From positions 62,001-126,000 of the IMG/VR virus record IMGVR_UViG_3300024239_000015: DNA of 64,000 bases, one strand, 5' to 3'. How positions within the stretch are numbered: position 1 is the stretch's first letter; every line of letters starts with the position of its first letter. The translations under genes were made by a program, and so were the position numbers. The notes under the pieces were generated by a model. It was not told the DNA's origin and did no database searches. It was given only the letters and a program-made list of their open reading frames with translations. Shown here in pieces: positions 48,483 through 58,508 of the stretch.

Positions 48483-50936
48483 TCATACTATTTTAAAGTT
48501 GAGGTTCTCACCGGGCTTCACTAACGCACCACTCGTGTCCAGTACGTTGACTTCCGCATTCGTAAGCGCTCCATGACTAGAGGCGAAGTGAGACACTAAA
48601 AACACCTGAGGGATTCGTTTGAGTTCTAAAAGCGTACGGATGTACGCAAACAAACGATCTCGGTGTGTTTGGTGGAAACTGTGTCCTACCTCGTCTAAGA
48701 ACCACGGGACGTTTTTCCCTCCTAACGCAATCGACATAAACGCAAAGTTAATGACTTCCCGTTGGCCTCGTGAGCCATACGCGATGTCCGGTACGATGTG
48801 ATCAAGTTGAGAACTCACCATAGGGAACAAATAGTCAAGCTCCGTGTCGTTCACAGAAGGTAAGGAGAGTTTCAGCGGTACCGTCCAGATCTGGTGGATG
48901 ATCTGGTTGAGTGAATTCACGAATACCCCTAAGTACCCTAAAAGCTGCTCAGCAATAATCCCTTCGGTAGGAGAGAGTTGTTTGAGTAAACACTGTCCTG
49001 CTTCTAGGTCGGACTGGTACTGCGCAATAGACGCTTCTAGGTGATGCACGACACTGTCTTTGGCATCACTGCGTGCAAGTTCTTGACGAATCTCTGTCAC
49101 CAAACTCTGTAAGCGATCTACGTCATGCGACAATGCTTCGTTGTACGCCGCATCACTTAAGTGTGACATACACTGCTTCAGTTCGGTCAGTGTGCCCTGT
49201 AACTCTTTCTGTAAACGTAACGCATGACTGTACACCCGGTACTCGTCTTCCGCAGCACGGAGTTCCTGCGTTAAACGCTCTAGGAGCACTTTAGAGCTCG
49301 TGTGCTCGTGTTCCAGCTCTACCATACGCCGTTTGAGCGTTTCTAAGCCTCCTTGGCCCACAGAGCGTTTAGCGTGGATCGTCTCTGTAAGGATTGCGTG
49401 ATTCTGACTGGTACGAAACACGTACTCGTCTTGGTCTAACGTCCTTAGGTACAATGAGAGTTTCCCTACTAAAGACTTAGGCGATTCCGCCAGCTGGATA
49501 TCGTCTGGGTCAATGTCGTGAAACACACGAGCAAGCTTTGGGTGTTGACGTCGTGTAGAGAGAACTTCCACGTAGAGGTCTCGGTAGGTGGCGTACTCGG
49601 TTAAGTACGTGGTTACGCGTTCGTGTTGAAGTTGTAACCGTTCGAGTTCTGTCAACGTAGTGGTGAGTTGTTGTTCCAGTACGGCTTGTTCTGTAGGGGC
49701 TACACCGGGAATAAACACGTGCTTACACTCAGGGCACTCTACAGTAGAATGATTCTGAATGTGCCGTAGTTGTAGCCTAAGCTGTTGCTCCAACGCCGTA
49801 AGGCGGTTGATCTCACTTTGCAAAGCCTGTGCGGTTTCTCTGGCTTGCTGTACACGCGCATTGTTGTACGTGGTCTTGTTTGGGTTTTGTGGGAGTCGTA
49901 GGTATAACTCATCCAAACTTTGCTGAGCTTTGAAAAGCTCCGCTTTCACTAACGCGTACTCTTGCAGCGACGTAAGGTCTGCAAAAAACCCAGACGGACT
50001 GAATGTTTCTAGTTCCACTTCAAGTTGTTTGAGTTCTTTTTCCAGTAGCTCCAGGGGTCGCTCATCCGCGTGACTAAACGGAGTCAGTAAAGAGTCCAGT
50101 CGTTCGAATTCTCGTCGTTGTTCTCCTAGAACGTACTCACAATGCCGGAGTTGACTTTTCAGCTCAGCAATCACGGTGTCGTGGTGTCGCCCTTCGGTGT
50201 AAAGACGAGGGACGGATTGCAGCTCACGGTTTAACCGTTGGATCGTTTCGTTGTGGCGTTTAACGTCACGCACTAAAAGACTGTACTCTGGTGTAGTAGG
50301 ATTCTTCGCAGAGAGTAACTCATGAATCTTTTTGGTCAAGGTACTCAGTTCCAGTTTACGTTCTTCTACTACAGCTGCAGAGAGTCGCGTAGAGAGTTCT
50401 TCTGTGAGTTTGACTTCAGCGAGCTTTAATGCTCCTTGTAAATTCCTGACCCGTGTAGCGAGTTCTTTATGGATGCGTAACCCATAGGTGACGTCAACGT
50501 CAGAAAGTTTAGTGAGCCACTCTCGACGCTTCTGAGCAGGGAGGTCAGTAAAAAGGATTAACCCCATGGCGATGTTGTGGGTTTCTGGGGTGTAATCTAA
50601 AAGCTCTATCAACCGCGTACGGATCACGGTTGCGTTTCCTATAATCGGTTCGTCGTCGTTGATCTGTAGAGAGTGGGTCTGCCCTTTTCGAAAGTCACTT
50701 CGAATGGTGTAAAACGTCCCTTCTTTCTCATAGACTTTTTCTTCAAATCCTTTACCTTTGACGTAGTCTCCAGGAGAAGCAGGGAACGGAGCTAATGCAT
50801 ACAACAACGTGGTTTTCCCAGAACCGTTATTTCCTAACAGTAACTGTAAAGGAGACTCTGGCGTATAGTGGACTTCTGTCGTCCCACCGCCTAATAAACG
50901 TGCATTGTGCACAAACGTAGCTTTGACTAAACGCAT
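48483..50936 (-). CDS. sbcC: SbcC/Rad50-like SMC ATPase
   Basis: Walker A GNNGSGKT, coiled coils, zinc hook CPEC, signature SRGQ, Walker B FLDE, VSH; likely start MRLVK. Confidence 0.88.
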   Translation of the reverse strand: MRLVKATFVHNARLLGGGTTEVHYTPESPLQLLLGNNGSGKTTLLYALAPFPASPGDYVKGKGFEEKVYEKEGTFYTIRSDFRKGQTHSLQINDDEPIIGNATVIRTRLIELLDYTPETHNIAMGLILFTDLPAQKRREWLTKLSDVDVTYGLRIHKELATRVRNLQGALKLAEVKLTEELSTRLSAAVVEERKLELSTLTKKIHELLSAKNPTTPEYSLLVRDVKRHNETIQRLNRELQSVPRLYTEGRHHDTVIAELKSQLRHCEYVLGEQRREFERLDSLLTPFSHADERPLELLEKELKQLEVELETFSPSGFFADLTSLQEYALVKAELFKAQQSLDELYLRLPQNPNKTTYNNARVQQARETAQALQSEINRLTALEQQLRLQLRHIQNHSTVECPECKHVFIPGVAPTEQAVLEQQLTTTLTELERLQLQHERVTTYLTEYATYRDLYVEVLSTRRQHPKLARVFHDIDPDDIQLAESPKSLVGKLSLYLRTLDQDEYVFRTSQNHAILTETIHAKRSVGQGGLETLKRRMVELEHEHTSSKVLLERLTQELRAAEDEYRVYSHALRLQKELQGTLTELKQCMSHLSDAAYNEALSHDVDRLQSLVTEIRQELARSDAKDSVVHHLEASIAQYQSDLEAGQCLLKQLSPTEGIIAEQLLGYLGVFVNSLNQIIHQIWTVPLKLSLPSVNDTELDYLFPMVSSQLDHIVPDIAYGSRGQREVINFAFMSIALGGKNVPWFLDEVGHSFHQTHRDRLFAYIRTLLELKRIPQVFLVSHFASSHGALTNAEVNVLDTSGALVKPGENLNFKIV

Positions 50937-51021
50937 GAAAACAGTGTCCCTGTGTGGTTGACGTTTTATGGGTACCATTGTATAGGTAGGTATTGTATTT
51001 TAAAACCCAAGGTGGGACGGT

Positions 51022-52089
51022 ATGTCTGAAAAAGACTTTAGTAAATACGACTTTGACTCCTTTGCGTTCTTTGACGTTGGGATAGTCCACGACAACAAAC
51101 CTCGAAGCACAAACAACATTTTTGCAACACCGATCTCGGTGTTTCCATTTGCGTCGAGTAAACTGACACGTGAGTCTGCGAAGGTAGAAGCTAAAGGGGT
51201 GGATGCGTTAGGAACCGCGTACAGCACGAGTGCAGAAACCGTGAACGCCCAAGAGTACAGATGGCTCCCTACGGGATTCCAAACCACAGCGCCTGACGTA
51301 CGTAAAGGGGAGCGGGTGTTTCTGTATCGGTACGCCGACACCGATGAATACTTTTGGGTGTCCAGTCAGTTAGACCGCAGCTACCGTCGTTTAGAAACGG
51401 GTGCGTTTATGTTCCAAGCCGATCCCAACGCGGATGACAAAGACGAGTGGAGTGAGGAGAACTGTTACACCTTTACCGTCTCTACGCACGATGGACACAT
51501 TACGCTTACCACCAGTCAGAAGAACAAAGAACCGTTTGGGTACGTGATGCAACTGAACACCAAAGACGGGATCTTTACACTGACGGATAACGAGCAGAAT
51601 CTCATCCAGTTAGTCAGCGCAGAACAGTTGATTGTGTTGAAGAACAAAAACGGAACGTACTTCGCAGTCGATAAAGACGACTTAAAAGGGTATGCTCCGC
51701 AGAATATCTACTTTAAAGCAGAAACCCTCGTGGAGTTTCTGTGTAAGAACTTCGTGCTTAAAGCGTCTGAGGACATCACCTTTGAAACGAAAGTATGGAC
51801 GGTGAACGCCAGTGAGAGTATCTCGTTTGATACACAGACGTTTAACTGGAAAGCACAGACGACGAATATTGACTCCCCAACGATTAATATCAAAGGGAAT
51901 ATCTTCCACGAAGGGAATCAAACCACAAGTGGCACCATGGGAGTCGGTGGGGCTACTACGTTGGGCGGTGGGGTCTCCGTCTCTGGCAGCATGACCAATA
52001 ACGGAAAAGACGTGGGGTCCGGACACAAACACACAGGGTCCGCTACCGCACCGAGTGGTCCGGTTTCACCGACAGGTACACCGGTTTAA
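51022..52089 (+). CDS. Baseplate central spike (gpV/gp5-like)
   Basis: TAPDVRKGERV OB-fold segment, beta-helix repeats, C-terminal HKH metal-binding apex. Confidence 0.75.
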   Translation: MSEKDFSKYDFDSFAFFDVGIVHDNKPRSTNNIFATPISVFPFASSKLTRESAKVEAKGVDALGTAYSTSAETVNAQEYRWLPTGFQTTAPDVRKGERVFLYRYADTDEYFWVSSQLDRSYRRLETGAFMFQADPNADDKDEWSEENCYTFTVSTHDGHITLTTSQKNKEPFGYVMQLNTKDGIFTLTDNEQNLIQLVSAEQLIVLKNKNGTYFAVDKDDLKGYAPQNIYFKAETLVEFLCKNFVLKASEDITFETKVWTVNASESISFDTQTFNWKAQTTNIDSPTINIKGNIFHEGNQTTSGTMGVGGATTLGGGVSVSGSMTNNGKDVGSGHKHTGSATAPSGPVSPTGTPV

Positions 52090-52110
52090 CCAAAAAAAAA
52101 GAGAGGGCAT

Positions 52111-52142
52111 ACAGAGGAGAGAGCGTTTGCTCTCTCCTCTGT
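52111..52142. terminator. Terminator between convergent genes
   Basis: ACAGAGGAGAGAGC-GTTT-GCTCTCTCCTCTGT. Confidence 0.75.
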
Positions 52143-52145
52143 GCT

Positions 52146-52604
52146 TTATGCCTTTCCTACTTGCTCACGCAAACGCTTTTCGATTTCTTCCAGCGTATGG
52201 GGGAGTTTGTAGTGGTCTTTTAGAATCCTCGCCCAGGTGGGTAGGTGTTCAATTTCGGGGGTGGCTTTGAACTGTTCTCCGTAGCAGTCGCATTCAATCC
52301 AAAGCGCTAACTTTTTGTTCTGTAGCGCTAAAGAGTAAACGATAAAGCTTAGGAAGATCCCTACCCACATCAACTCAGTAGGGAAGTCAACAACCACCTG
52401 TAAACCCACAGACCACAGACAGCCTAAGAGTACAGTTAAGTACCAATGCAAGACGTGTCTGTACTCGTGTGCGTGGACTCCAGGATCGTTTTGATACTTG
52501 GGGTCTATACGCACGACGAAGCCGTTGGCTTTACCACCCGCGTTTTCTAACTCAGTGTATCGGAGCACCGTCGGGAACGGTGTCCACTTCAGTTGTAGGC
52601 TCAT
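52146..52604 (-). CDS. Membrane protein with HEXXH zinc-peptidase-like motif
   Basis: HAHEYRH followed by two TM helices and ECDCY. Confidence 0.5.
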   Translation of the reverse strand: MSLQLKWTPFPTVLRYTELENAGGKANGFVVRIDPKYQNDPGVHAHEYRHVLHWYLTVLLGCLWSVGLQVVVDFPTELMWVGIFLSFIVYSLALQNKKLALWIECDCYGEQFKATPEIEHLPTWARILKDHYKLPHTLEEIEKRLREQVGKA

Positions 52605-53661
52605 CAGCAGTAACCTCTTCGGTAGGGGCGGTAGCAGCAGCTAAACGCGTTTTGTAGTCATGGAGTAAACCAGAGACGTCAAAACGTCCTAAGTGCTGGT
52701 TTAACACCGCGGTTAACCAGAATTGCAATTGTGCATACGATTCGTTTGGCGTACCGTCTACCGTGGAGACTTTGAGTTGTGGTGACTCTTCGTCAGAGAT
52801 AAACACGTTCAGCAACGCAAGTACCGTCGCGCCTGTGTCGTTGCGTTGTAAGCTCACTTGCATACCGATGTGGACTAAACCAGAGTCATCCGCACTGCAG
52901 GCAGGACGGCTGATCTGTACGCGATCGCCTACGAACAGTACTTTGGTTTTTTCGATACCACAGCACCACAAACCTAAGTTCACCAACGCTTCGATGTTCG
53001 TGGCTTGTGAGTGGTACGCAGACACACTGATAAAGTAGCGTTGCTCGCCGGCTTGGACTAACACAAAACGGTTGGCTTCTGGATTGTACACACCAAGCTC
53101 CGCTGTTAAGATCTCTTCTGCAACGTCCAGTGTTGGGTAGTCACGTGCGAAGATCTTAAACCCCGCTACACCTTTTTTGGTGTTGCCTTGCTCGTCTGCG
53201 GTTTCACCAGGTAAGTCCACCAAAGTTGGTTGAGCCTTCACGGTGTCTGGTAGTAACAGAGGGGTACCCCCATACAGACCTGTGAAGTTTACGTCGTTAT
53301 GGACGTAACCTAACACTTTACGTGCGACGTACACCGCGTAATGTGGTAAGTAACCCAACGCGTGACCGTTGACGTCTACGTCTTGGTTTAGATACGTTGC
53401 GTAGCAAGGTTCCTGACCGAATTCGAAGAAAGCCCCGACCGTGACCTTACAACCGAAACGGGGTTCTAGTTCTTTTTCTAAGTCGGCCGATACAACCGTA
53501 CCCACTTCGGTTTCGTCGTTGAAGTTAAAGGCGGCTGGGATGCTACGTTCGTCGATTACGGTCTCACCGTCTTTTTCTGTCTGCACAGAGGTGGTTAGAT
53601 GTACAACCACAAATGGTTTAGCAGGTTCAAACGTAGTGTAGTTTAAAAATAAAGATTCCAT
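52552..53661 (-). CDS. Hypothetical protein
   Basis: 369-aa ORF, GGAG RBS, acidic tail. Confidence 0.65.
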   Translation of the reverse strand: MESLFLNYTTFEPAKPFVVVHLTTSVQTEKDGETVIDERSIPAAFNFNDETEVGTVVSADLEKELEPRFGCKVTVGAFFEFGQEPCYATYLNQDVDVNGHALGYLPHYAVYVARKVLGYVHNDVNFTGLYGGTPLLLPDTVKAQPTLVDLPGETADEQGNTKKGVAGFKIFARDYPTLDVAEEILTAELGVYNPEANRFVLVQAGEQRYFISVSAYHSQATNIEALVNLGLWCCGIEKTKVLFVGDRVQISRPACSADDSGLVHIGMQVSLQRNDTGATVLALLNVFISDEESPQLKVSTVDGTPNESYAQLQFWLTAVLNQHLGRFDVSGLLHDYKTRLAAATAPTEEVTADEPTTEVDTVPDGAPIH

Positions 53662-53707
53662 TAAAAAAGCTCCAATGCCTGGGGTTAGTTGAACAAAGTA
53701 TTACGCT

Positions 53708-54397
53708 TTATTTGTTTTTTCTTACTCGGGTCATGTACGTGCTCACGCCTTCGTTAGCCGCGTGTAGAAAAAGTTCCCTGTTGGTGCGGTGAGTAAAGTG
53801 TCGGTAGTGGATCACTAATTCACCGATCCCAGAAATCGCCCTTAAACGATTAATCAACATTTCGGATGGTTTATAACCCACGGCTCTCAACCTACGCTCT
53901 ATTCGTTTTTTACACGACTGAGCATCCACCAGACACAATTCGACCGGTTCGTGTTGCGTCACGTCGCCGTCCAGAGTCTGTGTTTTTACCCCCAGATGCA
54001 GGCGCTGCATCGCCACCCATGGAACCAGAGAAACGATGAGTTCCTCGTTCGGTTTCAACTGAGCAATCAATAGGTTGATTTTTGCCACAAAATCACCATA
54101 CGCTTTGGTCGGTTTGTTTTCCGGGAGACCTTTAAACACGGCGGTTAGATACGTGGCTAGTCGTTTTGTGTTAGCGAGCGCTTTCTCTGTAGGTTGAGTT
54201 TCTTCCACCGATAAAATACATACGAGGGTGGCAGGATGGTAGTGTTTAAGGTTTCCTCCCACACGCAACCACACGTGGTGTGTCCAATCGGTTAACTCGG
54301 GTGTATTCACTCGAACCCCTACGTCACCAGAACGTAAAATTTGTACTCTGGAACCTCTAGGGACGAGTGCTAGGGTGGTCTGTTCTACAGTAGTCAT
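53708..54397 (-). CDS. Hypothetical protein
   Basis: Likely start MTTVEQ (GGAGGAG RBS). Confidence 0.6.
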   Translation of the reverse strand: MTTVEQTTLALVPRGSRVQILRSGDVGVRVNTPELTDWTHHVWLRVGGNLKHYHPATLVCILSVEETQPTEKALANTKRLATYLTAVFKGLPENKPTKAYGDFVAKINLLIAQLKPNEELIVSLVPWVAMQRLHLGVKTQTLDGDVTQHEPVELCLVDAQSCKKRIERRLRAVGYKPSEMLINRLRAISGIGELVIHYRHFTHRTNRELFLHAANEGVSTYMTRVRKNK

Positions 54398-54398
54398 C

Positions 54399-54890
54399 TC
54401 AAACTCCTCCTTTGGTTTTAGGACGAGCAACCTCTAACAAAAAGCGAAGGTACGACTCGTACTTAAACTTAACGCCTGCGAACTCTTTGGACCAGAACTG
54501 CGTGGGGCCTTCGAAATTCGCTGGGGTTTTCTCCCAGTGTAATAATTCCACATCGGAGTACGAACGTTCGTTTTTCACACGACACATTAAAGAGAGGAGT
54601 TTTGTGGTATTACCGGGACGGTTACGTCGATAGTACACACGTGGCGTTAAAGCGCCTCCAATAACGTAGGAGCACGTATCTGCAGCTAACCAATACTTAG
54701 GTAGCTCTTTTTTAAAGAACGACTCTAATTGCGTTACAGAGCTTTCTACGTCAAGTTTAGGACTGTACAGAAAGAGCAGTGCTCCATCTGCGTCTGTGAA
54801 CAGGATGGCTCCGTGCGGACAATCCCATAGGACGTGGTCAGAAACCACTGTACCGTCTGGGTAGTCGGTACGATTTGGATTTAAAGGCAT
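54399..54890 (-). CDS. Hypothetical protein
   Basis: 163-aa ORF, AAGGA RBS. Confidence 0.6.
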   Translation of the reverse strand: MPLNPNRTDYPDGTVVSDHVLWDCPHGAILFTDADGALLFLYSPKLDVESSVTQLESFFKKELPKYWLAADTCSYVIGGALTPRVYYRRNRPGNTTKLLSLMCRVKNERSYSDVELLHWEKTPANFEGPTQFWSKEFAGVKFKYESYLRFLLEVARPKTKGGV

Positions 54891-54912
54891 GATTAGTAGT
54901 TCCTTTTGTTAG

Positions 54913-54937
54913 CCTAGGGAGGGGAAACCTCCCTAGG
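54913..54937. terminator. GAGGGAG-family hairpin
   Basis: CCTAGGGAGG-GGAAA-CCTCCCTAGG. Confidence 0.6.
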
Positions 54938-54953
54938 GAACTGGAGTAATGGG

Positions 54954-55937
54954 TTAAGCGATCAGTTGTTGGATGATCGAGTCTAACAATTCATCTGGGA
55001 AGCGCTGTTCTGGAGCGGTAGCTTGGTAATACAGCGTCTCGTAATTAGCTCGAACAACCTCCGGAACGACACCCAAAGGCAGTAACCGTAAATAAACATA
55101 ACCGCAGTCATCAGCGGTCCCACCACCAACTATTAGAGTGACATTTACTTTATCGGCCTGGAGCTGGTAAATCACCTTACCTTCTTGCTGACGGAGGGTC
55201 TCGTTAAACAGACTAAGACGTCTGTTTAAACCTTCTACGAGTTTGGCAACTACTTCGAACTCACTGGAACTAGGGACAGAAATCCACAACGGTCTGATCC
55301 CTAGTAAGACCACGCGGTTTTTTACTTCAGTCTCGGGTTTTGAATTTGAGGGTGTAGGACCGACATAGCAGTAATGTGGAGTGGGGTCGCGTACTACCCA
55401 ATACCGACTACCCGCAACGTCTACGTATTTCGTTCCAGTACCACACAGAAATTCCTGAGTCGGAGCTACGTCAAACAACCTCCAATGTACCAAGCTAGAC
55501 CTTGTATCAAAGACGTTGGATGTTGCAGTGTTTTGTATTACGGTGTCTAACGTTGGACGTAGATCTCGCTGCTCACCGAAAATACTCTCACTGATCGGAG
55601 TATACACTAAGTGCACACCTTTCTCTAAAAGTTCTTGGTCTCCTTCGTACATACGGTCTGGAGTATGTAGAAAGTGATGTTCCACCGTCCAATCGAACTG
55701 AATTACCGCAATGTAGTTTAACGGCGCATCAGCTTTGTTGATGTACTGGACTTTGAAGTGTTGTAAGTCCTTTGAGAGCAGATCTTCCCGTAGTTCGGGG
55801 GGTGTGTTACGTAACAGATCCATGAACGTCGTAAACATTCCGTTGTCAGTTTTCTTCTCGATTCGTTCGAAGAACTCTAATGCCGTTGGGTAGCCGACGT
55901 TGTTTACAAATTGACTTAGTTGGATGTCTTGGCGCAT
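54954..55937 (-). CDS. Hypothetical protein
   Basis: 327-aa ORF. Confidence 0.65.
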   Translation of the reverse strand: MRQDIQLSQFVNNVGYPTALEFFERIEKKTDNGMFTTFMDLLRNTPPELREDLLSKDLQHFKVQYINKADAPLNYIAVIQFDWTVEHHFLHTPDRMYEGDQELLEKGVHLVYTPISESIFGEQRDLRPTLDTVIQNTATSNVFDTRSSLVHWRLFDVAPTQEFLCGTGTKYVDVAGSRYWVVRDPTPHYCYVGPTPSNSKPETEVKNRVVLLGIRPLWISVPSSSEFEVVAKLVEGLNRRLSLFNETLRQQEGKVIYQLQADKVNVTLIVGGGTADDCGYVYLRLLPLGVVPEVVRANYETLYYQATAPEQRFPDELLDSIIQQLIA

Positions 55938-56563
55938 AAAGCCCCCATTTGTTCGGTGCTTAAAAAGATGGTCGACTTACCTCTAGTTAATTGCCGGATT
56001 CTTTCGTTGTTGAGAATCACACCTGGCCACTCCGTCGTGTGCAGATCGTGATAAAAGTTACCTGCGTTAATCGCGCTTTGGTAATCAAACAACAACAAAG
56101 ACAACCTAGCGTGATCTAGAGTAGTCCACGTCTTCTCGAATTCCTGGATGTCTTTGATCAGTATTGACATACGGTACTGGTATTGACTGACCGCGGATAA
56201 CGTAGCCTGCTGGTCTAACAAAACCGTCAGTACCGTTTTTAAGTACTTCTGTGGGTTGGTTTCGTTTGACAACAACACATTAAGGAGTGAAGTCGCGTAA
56301 GGATCACGCATCAACCGACCGGTGTATGCGTTGTAATAGTACTCTAACGGGACTGGGTGTTTAGCTGGCTCCTGAACCACCTCGCTTTCGCAAACCTCTG
56401 AAGTAGGTGGTGTTCCTGCTAAGGTCTTGTAATCGTCAAACGAGAGACTCCCGGATTCTTTCTTCGCGTCCTCTAAACTCTTACGAGCGCGGATGGCCAT
56501 GAACAGACATACGAGTAGGAAGACCGTTCCTGCAATAAAACCCAACCAATCTAAGTAACGCAT
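55916..56563 (-). CDS. Membrane-anchored hypothetical protein
   Basis: N-terminal TM helix; GGAGG RBS. Confidence 0.65.
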   Translation of the reverse strand: MRYLDWLGFIAGTVFLLVCLFMAIRARKSLEDAKKESGSLSFDDYKTLAGTPPTSEVCESEVVQEPAKHPVPLEYYYNAYTGRLMRDPYATSLLNVLLSNETNPQKYLKTVLTVLLDQQATLSAVSQYQYRMSILIKDIQEFEKTWTTLDHARLSLLLFDYQSAINAGNFYHDLHTTEWPGVILNNERIRQLTRGKSTIFLSTEQMGALCAKTSN

Positions 56564-56564
56564 C

Positions 56565-57014
56565 TTACACCTCCAAAAAGTCTGTACTCTGTGGAGTGAA
56601 CCGTTCTGGCTCGTCGCTAAACACCACTTGGTACAACCAGGTGTTCATCCACTGTTGTGTGTTTAAGTGCGGTAATACACTCACGCACTCTGGATCTAAA
56701 GGAACCAACGACACCGTGGTGTCAAAGTCCCCTTCACTCCAGAACTCGTGTAACGACGCTGGGATCTCTAACACACCCCCTTTATCCAGGATTAAGTGTT
56801 GATCTCTCAGTAACTCTACAATCCGTTCTAACACCAACCCAGGGTGGTTAAATTCACCGTCTTCATTACGGGGGGTAAGGATCACTAAGTCAGGTAGCTC
56901 GTAGTCTTTCAGTCCTACGGTATAACCGCCAATCGCTTCATACACGGCTACAGCGTAGCCGTTCTCCTGCACACAGCGTTCTAACTCTAACGCTTCTTTT
57001 TCACTGACAGTCAT
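56565..57014 (-). CDS. DUF4262-like protein
   Basis: NGYAV...YTVGL...LPDLVI...YQVVFSD..RF pattern; start MTVSEK. Confidence 0.55.
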   Translation of the reverse strand: MTVSEKEALELERCVQENGYAVAVYEAIGGYTVGLKDYELPDLVILTPRNEDGEFNHPGLVLERIVELLRDQHLILDKGGVLEIPASLHEFWSEGDFDTTVSLVPLDPECVSVLPHLNTQQWMNTWLYQVVFSDEPERFTPQSTDFLEV

Positions 57015-57220
57015 TTTACCACTCCTTTTTGTTCGGTACACGACCACACGACTTTTTTATCTCTCAGCCCGTACAACGGCGTGGCATCTACTGCATGTCG
57101 GTGTTCTTTAGCAATCGCGTTGCACTCAGTAAGCGAGCTGGTGTGAATTACTACAGTGCTACTGGAATTGCCATCTGTGTTGACTAGGAAAATAGTTAAT
57201 ATTAAAATCCACGTACTCAT
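57011..57220 (-). CDS. Small exported protein with two Cys
   Basis: Hydrophobic N-terminus, AGGAG RBS. Confidence 0.6.
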   Translation of the reverse strand: MSTWILILTIFLVNTDGNSSSTVVIHTSSLTECNAIAKEHRHAVDATPLYGLRDKKVVWSCTEQKGVVK

Positions 57221-57251
57221 GGGTACTCTCCTTTTTTTTGTTTAGTTGTTA

Positions 57252-57638
57252 CTAACGAGGTACGAACACGTCGTCTAATGACAATCCTGTTTCCGCTAGT
57301 ATGCCTGCTTTGGTTTTCACTTCGAAAATCCATTCATCGGGAATGGGTAGTGTTAGGGGGTGGACAAACCGACGACCGAACGTCATCAAACAGTACGTAT
57401 CGAATTGAAACTCAGCGGAGTTCCAGACCCCCTCGCGTTCTAAGGTTTTCTCCCCTTCAAGGATCTTCTTCACGATCCCTTTTGCAAAAGGCGTGCAGCG
57501 AGGAAGCATTTTCTTTAAATACCGACACAACCACGTAGGACGGTCAAACGAAAGCTTAGCTTGCTTGGTGTTTTCATACGCGATGTGTTGTGCTAACAGA
57601 GTCGTGGTTAACAACTCTTTGGTGTTCAGTTTGCTCAC
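57252..57638 (-). CDS. Hypothetical protein
   Basis: 128-aa ORF, GTGA coupling. Confidence 0.6.
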   Translation of the reverse strand: MSKLNTKELLTTTLLAQHIAYENTKQAKLSFDRPTWLCRYLKKMLPRCTPFAKGIVKKILEGEKTLEREGVWNSAEFQFDTYCLMTFGRRFVHPLTLPIPDEWIFEVKTKAGILAETGLSLDDVFVPR

Positions 57639-58036
57639 GTCGTAAAGTCCTTTAAAGGTAAACGTGTTCCGGTGTGGGACAAGTTATCACGAAACACCAA
57701 CACCTCCACACTCCACTCCAACTGAATCAGTGAGTGTTTGGTGATTGTCGGTACGTAATACGCCACACCGTAACGTTTTGCTAAAAATGCTGCGGAGTCT
57801 GGTAATGGGTAGTTAGGGTCTTCCATCAACACAAACCCATTTGGGAGGGGTCCTAAAAGCACACCTCCTAATTCAAGGTTGATTTTGGAATAGAGGACTT
57901 CAGAAGAAACCACTGGCAATTCCGTTTGTTTTCGTAGGTTCTCCGAGCTCACGTTTGGGTTGTGTGCCAGTAAATAGACCGGCACTTTCAACTGGCGTAG
58001 GAAGTTGTCTACTATAGCTAATTCACGTACTGTCAT
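57635..58036 (-). CDS. Hypothetical protein
   Basis: Likely start MTVREL (AAGGA RBS). Confidence 0.55.
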   Translation of the reverse strand: MTVRELAIVDNFLRQLKVPVYLLAHNPNVSSENLRKQTELPVVSSEVLYSKINLELGGVLLGPLPNGFVLMEDPNYPLPDSAAFLAKRYGVAYYVPTITKHSLIQLEWSVEVLVFRDNLSHTGTRLPLKDFTT

Positions 58037-58040
58037 TCGG

Positions 58041-58508
58041 TTATCCTTTTTGTGGGGAATCGTCAAACAACTCAGCGATCCACTTGGGTTGGTTTTCAAG
58101 TGGTGGGGTTACAAATTCTACCGGTAGGTTTAAGAACGCAGCAAACTGTTCGGAGTCCGACTTCACGATCCCTAAAGCCACTAACGTCTCACCTAACATT
58201 ACACGCACCTCTTGTGGGTCGGTGGTATATAAAACCTTAGCGATGTGGTATTGTTCTTCGGTGGCGTCGTTCGTACGTACGTCAGATGCGAGGTCGTACG
58301 CAAACTCGAAGTAACGGTCAGCGACAGTCTGTTCGAGCGTCTTCAATGCCGACAGGATGTAACGCCTCATTCTGAACAGATATTGGCTCTGCAATTCTTT
58401 TAGTCGAGCTTCTTCACGAGACTTCTTTGTGAACAACCCACTGCCGAATAACCCTAAGGTACGGGTCGCTGTATTGTTTACTCTTTGGTGGTTAGGTTTG
58501 CGTTTCAT
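58041..58508 (-). CDS. Hypothetical protein
   Basis: 155-aa ORF, ATGA coupling. Confidence 0.6.
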   Translation of the reverse strand: MKRKPNHQRVNNTATRTLGLFGSGLFTKKSREEARLKELQSQYLFRMRRYILSALKTLEQTVADRYFEFAYDLASDVRTNDATEEQYHIAKVLYTTDPQEVRVMLGETLVALGIVKSDSEQFAAFLNLPVEFVTPPLENQPKWIAELFDDSPQKG

